Shown piece after piece: positions 59,431 through 64,000 of a stretch of DNA of 64,000 bases. Below the pieces are notes generated by a model. That model ran no database searches, was not told where the DNA came from, and saw nothing but the letters and a program-made list of their open reading frames with translations. The translations under genes and the position numbers were made by a program. The DNA lies in the IMG/VR virus record IMGVR_UViG_3300033074_000233, positions 32,001 through 96,000 of that record; one strand, given 5' to 3'. Every line of letters begins with the position of its first letter. Positions within the stretch are counted from its first letter, which is position 1. The stretch comes from a virus. Its lineage: Duplodnaviria > Caudoviricetes.

Positions 59431-60313
59431 AGTCAGTGACCTTATCAAGTCGGAGAAAGCACCGACTGATAAAACTGGTATGTATATGTCACTCTCTTTG
59501 CCATCAAGAGTCAACCTCAAGAACGTAGCCCGTTCCTTACAGGTTGACGCTGAGGAAATGCGTGAAACCATTAACACCTGGAAACAGGACTCAGCCGTCC
59601 TTAACCAGTTGTGTGAGGTTCTTTCCGACGCCGTTATTCGAGTCGATGGCAATGGCCTAATATTTGAGTTCAACGAAGCGGCATGCGCGTTGTTTCATTC
59701 CACTCCAGCCTATATGCTTGGAAAGAATATCTCGGTCATTCTATATACGGACTGGACATCTTTCCTAGATAACTTCGACGATCACCAATCGTTCGAGCAC
59801 ATGATTACAAGGTTAGACGGTTCTTCGCTGCTGGTTTCTACAGCCTTAACCCGTGTTGGTAGTAATGACGGAGAATACATACTGGTTATTCGTGACATTA
59901 CCCAGCGTGTTAAATCCGAGCAGGATATTCTGATACTGTCGGCCGCATTAAATCAGGCTTCCGACGTTATCATCATTACCAATAGCCTTAACAAAATAAT
60001 CTTCGTCAACAATGCCTTTGTAAAGCACACGGGCTATACAGAACAAGAGGCTATAGGTCAAGACCCAAAGTTCCTGAAGTCAGGTGAGACCCCACGCATT
60101 ACTTATGATGCCATGTGGGGTCTTTTGCGTGAGAAGCGCACTTGGGAAGGTGTAGTGATAAACAAGTGCAAGGACGGTAGGTTAGTTGAGGACTACATGA
60201 TTGTGACTCCTGTCATGAACGGTGATCCAGTAAGACCAGCCTTCTACATTTCCGTTAAGCGGACAGAGTGGTGCAAACCGTATGAAACAGATCAAAGTAA
60301 CCTCAAGGGTTGA
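59417..60313 (+). CDS. Stand-alone tandem PAS-domain protein
   Basis: DAVIRVD..G.I..FNEAA..LF......LGKNI and DVIIITN....IIFVNNAF...TGYTEQEAIGQ.P..L.SG...W.G...N..KDG; no output domain. Confidence 0.85.
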   Translation: MARLKVSDLIKSEKAPTDKTGMYMSLSLPSRVNLKNVARSLQVDAEEMRETINTWKQDSAVLNQLCEVLSDAVIRVDGNGLIFEFNEAACALFHSTPAYMLGKNISVILYTDWTSFLDNFDDHQSFEHMITRLDGSSLLVSTALTRVGSNDGEYILVIRDITQRVKSEQDILILSAALNQASDVIIITNSLNKIIFVNNAFVKHTGYTEQEAIGQDPKFLKSGETPRITYDAMWGLLREKRTWEGVVINKCKDGRLVEDYMIVTPVMNGDPVRPAFYISVKRTEWCKPYETDQSNLKG

Positions 60314-60602
60314 GGAAGGCGTTGACACAGACGCCTTGCAAAAGCGTTTGCAGTCTGCTTTCAACAGGTACCGCGCTACGATAACCGTTAAGGATACACG
60401 TTCAGGTATAAACGTGCGTGTTGGCCTTGTACCTAATACTCGCCTTGAACTGTCGCAGATAAAGGAAATGTACACCAAAGTAGATAGAATCATCGACGGC
60501 ACATATTCGGATATTTTCGAGGCGCGTGCCAGCTGGATAGAAACAAATGCTACTAAGGGCCTTGACCTCGTAGTCGATTATGTATTCGAGGGAGAAGGCT
60601 AA
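60282..60602 (+). CDS. Hypothetical protein
   Basis: Tiled ORF. Confidence 0.6.
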   Translation: MKQIKVTSRVEEGVDTDALQKRLQSAFNRYRATITVKDTRSGINVRVGLVPNTRLELSQIKEMYTKVDRIIDGTYSDIFEARASWIETNATKGLDLVVDYVFEGEG

Positions 60603-60970
60603 TGAAGCGCATTGAACAACAGGTCTTGGCCAGACTAGAAACGGCCGGAGGCTTTAGGTCCCCAGCACAAATGCGTGATCTCAAAATCATCCGCAAGAAG
60701 TTTGGCGTAGTCTATTTCGTCGATCCAAAAGATGCAATGGTATTCGCCAAAGGTAAGGGCTTCAAGGTAATAAACCACGGTGGTGCCGACGCCGAGAATG
60801 GCCAAGATGAAAGTGACATGGAGTTCCTCTATGAGGTCACTGATAAGTCCGGCAACACAGTAGGTCTTATCAGCGGCACAGGCCACGAAGGTGAAGGATA
60901 TATCTGTCCTTCAGCCCAGCATTACAAGAAGTGGGAAGCCTACCAACATTCACAACCGCAACGCTCTTAA
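60602..60970 (+). CDS. Hypothetical protein
   Basis: TAATG coupling. Confidence 0.65.
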   Translation: MKRIEQQVLARLETAGGFRSPAQMRDLKIIRKKFGVVYFVDPKDAMVFAKGKGFKVINHGGADAENGQDESDMEFLYEVTDKSGNTVGLISGTGHEGEGYICPSAQHYKKWEAYQHSQPQRS

Positions 60971-60987
60971 TTCAACGGAGAAAAGCC

Positions 60988-61335
60988 ATGAAAGAGATAA
61001 CCTTGTCTTACCTGATGAAAATGCTTGCTGTAGCCAAGGCTACAGCGCAGCGCGAAGCCAAGCGTTTGCTTCCTCTTATTGCCCTTTTGGGCATTTTCCT
61101 TTATGTGGACTACGATGGCACCTATGCCATTATCTACATGCTTGGCCTGATGACGTTGATTGCCCTGTTCAGCCACGTTGCACGTCGCCTCATGTTTCCT
61201 TATCTGGACATGAAGGTAATTGCAGATAAGGCCGATGAATCACCTATGAGTTCGGCGATTGTATTTGCCTCTATCGCATTTATCATCGGCTGTTTGATTC
61301 TGACTGTGGGCGGCATGCTGAAAGGCGGAGGCTGA
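60988..61335 (+). CDS. Three-TM membrane protein (holin-like)
   Basis: GGAG RBS; three hydrophobic segments. Confidence 0.55.
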   Translation: MKEITLSYLMKMLAVAKATAQREAKRLLPLIALLGIFLYVDYDGTYAIIYMLGLMTLIALFSHVARRLMFPYLDMKVIADKADESPMSSAIVFASIAFIIGCLILTVGGMLKGGG

Positions 61336-61336
61336 T

Positions 61337-62530
61337 ATGAAGGCTTTGGCTAGAAAGAAAGCCACAACAGAAGTAGCCTCTGACGGATATAAACCGTGTC
61401 CTGAATGCGGCTCTACTTCCGTAATGCGTGAGCGTTGTCGTGGTTGCAATACTCATTGCAGAGACTGTGGCTATACCTGTTCCAGTGCTCAATGGGATGA
61501 TATTAAAGCCTCAGTTGAGGTTGCTTTCCAGATTCCAGATTGGTTCAAAGAGTTACCCAAAGCAGGTCAGGACAAGTACCTTGAGGAGCATCCGAATTCC
61601 AAGTTGGCCAAGACGTTCAAGGCGAAGCAGAACAAGCCTGCTGATACCTCGAAGTCGCCCACCAACTTCAAAGGTCCAGCAAACAAGAAGACCGCAATGG
61701 GTGATGATCCACGTAAGGAACGCAACATCGTTTCTATGATGGACAAACTCGCCAAGATGGCTGCTGATGCAAAGGCTCAAGGTACTGCTGCACCGAACTA
61801 CGACCTGTGCAAGATTTCTATTCCTGGTACCAACCTGTTCTGCCAAAGCAACAAGGGCATTCCACGCAAGGATATGCCGCAGTTGAAAGGCAAGCCTACG
61901 GCGGGCTCCTGGGCTGATAAGAACCTTGAGAAGGATAAGAACGGTGAAGTAGATGGGGAAGACGCTTTCAAGGCCTTCCTTAAGCAGTCGAACGTGAAAC
62001 TTGACAACAAGCGAATTGACGTTGCCAAGTTGAAGGCCACGCAGACTGAACTGGTTGGTCCTAAAGTTGCTGGCATGCTACAGGCCTTGAAAAAGGACCC
62101 TAAGCATCCAGGTATCACTGCACCGATATTCGTCAGCAAAGACGGCTACATCCTTGATGGTCATCACCGCTGGGCTGCTATGGTTGGCCTGAACATGGCC
62201 GACGGTAAAGTTGATCCAGTAGAAATGGACATCATTGAAGTTGACATGGGCATTGAAGACCTGGTGAAACAGACCAACGACTTTGCCAGCAAGATAGGCG
62301 TAGCACAGAAGGCTGCCAAGACTACGAAAGAAGGCGCGAGTGCGAGATTCTCCTCCGGAGACAAGGTTTACATTTACTGGTTAGCCACGGACAAGTGGGA
62401 AGCGGTCAACTACCGAGGCCCTCTAGGGAGTGATAAGGCTGTAGTAGTGAAAGATGGTATGCAGTTTACTGTAAACGCCGCTGATCTTCGGGATAAACCT
62501 GAGAAGGCTTACACTGGTTGCTGCGGCTGA
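61337..62530 (+). CDS. ParB/Srx-like domain protein with N-terminal Zn ribbon
   Basis: LKATQ.E, PIFVSKDGYILDGHHRWAA; CPECG..C.GC..C.DCG. Confidence 0.75.
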   Translation: MKALARKKATTEVASDGYKPCPECGSTSVMRERCRGCNTHCRDCGYTCSSAQWDDIKASVEVAFQIPDWFKELPKAGQDKYLEEHPNSKLAKTFKAKQNKPADTSKSPTNFKGPANKKTAMGDDPRKERNIVSMMDKLAKMAADAKAQGTAAPNYDLCKISIPGTNLFCQSNKGIPRKDMPQLKGKPTAGSWADKNLEKDKNGEVDGEDAFKAFLKQSNVKLDNKRIDVAKLKATQTELVGPKVAGMLQALKKDPKHPGITAPIFVSKDGYILDGHHRWAAMVGLNMADGKVDPVEMDIIEVDMGIEDLVKQTNDFASKIGVAQKAAKTTKEGASARFSSGDKVYIYWLATDKWEAVNYRGPLGSDKAVVVKDGMQFTVNAADLRDKPEKAYTGCCG

Positions 62531-62537
62531 GGTGATT

Positions 62538-63554
62538 ATGAAACGATTAGTAGTCCTCGCTTTCACGGAAAAGGATTTCCTGATGTGGGATAAAGCAACC
62601 CAACGTCAGTGGATGAAGGATCATCCTGATTCCAAGTTCGGTGAAGCCCTAAAGAAGGCTAAGGGTAAAGGTGCTACTCTCGTTCCAAAGAAGCCTGAGA
62701 AGACTCCAAAACTCAGTCCTGAAGAAAAGAAGGCTGCAGCCGACCGTAAGTTTGCAGAGGACATGAAGTCCAAAGCACCGGAAGATCGCAAGCACTTTGA
62801 AGCGGCTTTGAAGGATAACATCCGTATTCCACCCGCTTGGAACGGTGTTACCTATTTCGGTGCTAGTCCCGAAGACGGTATTATTGCTAAAGGCACAGAC
62901 GAAAAGGGTCGTAGCCAGAGACTGGAACTCGCAGAATACCGTGAGAAAAAGATCGCCGAGAAGCACAAGCGTATTCAGGACGACCTTGAACCTAAGTTTG
63001 ATGACGCTGTAAATAGCCTAAGAGAAAAAGCGGCAAAGGGTTCACCAGAAGCACAGGTCCTGTACGTTATCACACAACTAGGTTTCCGTATTGGTGGCAG
63101 AGGCGACGGTCGAGCCAAGACTAAGGCCTACGGTGCAAGTAACCTAGAAGCACGCCACGTTAAAGTGAAAGGCGATAACGTAGCATTCGATTTCATTGGC
63201 AAAGAGGGTCGTAGGCAGCAACACGCTATCGAAGACCCCGTTATGGCCAAGTTCATTAGGTCCCGCCTGCGTGGTAAGACTAATACGGACAAACTCTTTC
63301 CTACGGACGAGGAAAAGATTCGCAAGGTATGGAAGCCTGTTGGTAGTGAGAAGGTCCATGATATCCGTTCTGTCTTGGCCACACGTATTGCCAAGAAGAT
63401 AGTGGATTCCGCTGACGTACCGAAGACCAAGAAAGAACTGCACACGCTTATGACTACCTGTGCTAAGGCTGCCTCTGAACGTCTTGGCAATAACCCGTCA
63501 GAAGCATTGAACACCTATATTGACGCTCGCGTCTTTCCAGGAGTAGGCGAATGA
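62538..63554 (+). CDS. DNA topoisomerase IB (bacterial/poxvirus type)
   Basis: IPPAW, G.D.KGR.Q, GFRIG, F.GK, HDIR, LGN...A...YID catalytic residues. Confidence 0.9.
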   Translation: MKRLVVLAFTEKDFLMWDKATQRQWMKDHPDSKFGEALKKAKGKGATLVPKKPEKTPKLSPEEKKAAADRKFAEDMKSKAPEDRKHFEAALKDNIRIPPAWNGVTYFGASPEDGIIAKGTDEKGRSQRLELAEYREKKIAEKHKRIQDDLEPKFDDAVNSLREKAAKGSPEAQVLYVITQLGFRIGGRGDGRAKTKAYGASNLEARHVKVKGDNVAFDFIGKEGRRQQHAIEDPVMAKFIRSRLRGKTNTDKLFPTDEEKIRKVWKPVGSEKVHDIRSVLATRIAKKIVDSADVPKTKKELHTLMTTCAKAASERLGNNPSEALNTYIDARVFPGVGE

Positions 63555-63934
63555 AAGCCCTAGTGACTCAATTCGACCGCGATGCAAAAGAATACGTTGA
63601 GGTTCTGCCTAAGGACGAAGGCAAGGCCATGAACTACGTCCTCAACAAACTCACAGGTAAAAAGGAGACGGCCAAAGTATCCAGGACCTTGATGACAGTC
63701 GCTAAGGCAGAGTCCTTATTCGATGACGAGTACCCGAAAAAGAAAAAGGGTAAAGGTCTGAAAGGCAGCAACACGCCGGAAGAATCACAAGACTTTGTAC
63801 AGGGTCTAGGGATAGATAGCGGTCCTGATGGAGGCAACATACCTTCAGGTGGTGGATACGGTGAAGGTGCAAGCATTAAAAGGCTTGAGGCGAGTATATC
63901 AAAAAGGCTGCGTAAGTCTAAAGGTGGCGTATGA
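63551..63934 (+). CDS. Hypothetical protein
   Basis: ATGA overlap with topo IB. Confidence 0.6.
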   Translation: MKALVTQFDRDAKEYVEVLPKDEGKAMNYVLNKLTGKKETAKVSRTLMTVAKAESLFDDEYPKKKKGKGLKGSNTPEESQDFVQGLGIDSGPDGGNIPSGGGYGEGASIKRLEASISKRLRKSKGGV

Positions 63935-64000
63935 AAAAGATTGAGACCAAAAAGGTCCGCGTTAAGAAGTCACTGGAAGTAAAGGCTGCGTCAAGGATAA
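63931..64000 (+). CDS. Hypothetical protein, truncated at window edge
   Basis: ATGA overlap; MKKIETKKVRVKKSLEVKAASRI open to end. Confidence 0.5.
   Translation, partial: MKKIETKKVRVKKSLEVKAASRI

Noticed and set aside
1-64000. tRNA genes, CRISPR arrays, stop-codon recoding, DGR repeats
   Set aside because: None seen; genes tile cleanly under the standard code and no reverse transcriptase is present

Overview
This window is a 64-kb slice of a large (jumbo-type) contractile-tailed dsDNA phage. It uses the standard genetic code and I saw no tRNA, rRNA or CRISPR array. From about 1 to 39.9 kb (minus strand) lies a virion morphogenesis block: Zn-ribbon/acidic scaffold-like protein, major capsid protein, fibre/whisker proteins, tail sheath with three inserted beta-domains, tail tube, tail assembly chaperone with a probable frameshift, lytic-transglycosylase tail protein, hub, gp5-like spike, PAAR, gp25, baseplate J and tail fibres. 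Three free-standing homing-endonuclease-like genes interrupt it. At the strand switch (about 40-41.7 kb) is an unexpected HUH rolling-circle-type endonuclease flanked by highly structured non-coding DNA. From 41.7 to 55.2 kb (plus strand) are small early genes, two histone-H1-like proteins, a two-subunit type IIA topoisomerase, an Acb1-like 2H phosphoesterase, an HNH protein and a possible sigma-like factor. From 55.3 to 64 kb are RuvC, a membrane protein coupled to a stand-alone tandem PAS protein (NifL-like), a ParB-like protein and a type IB topoisomerase. Two recurrent DNA motifs stand out: CTAATTTNAT (putative late promoter) and ATCAAAAGTTTGC (putative operator). All protein calls come from motif recognition and synteny by eye; no database searches were run.
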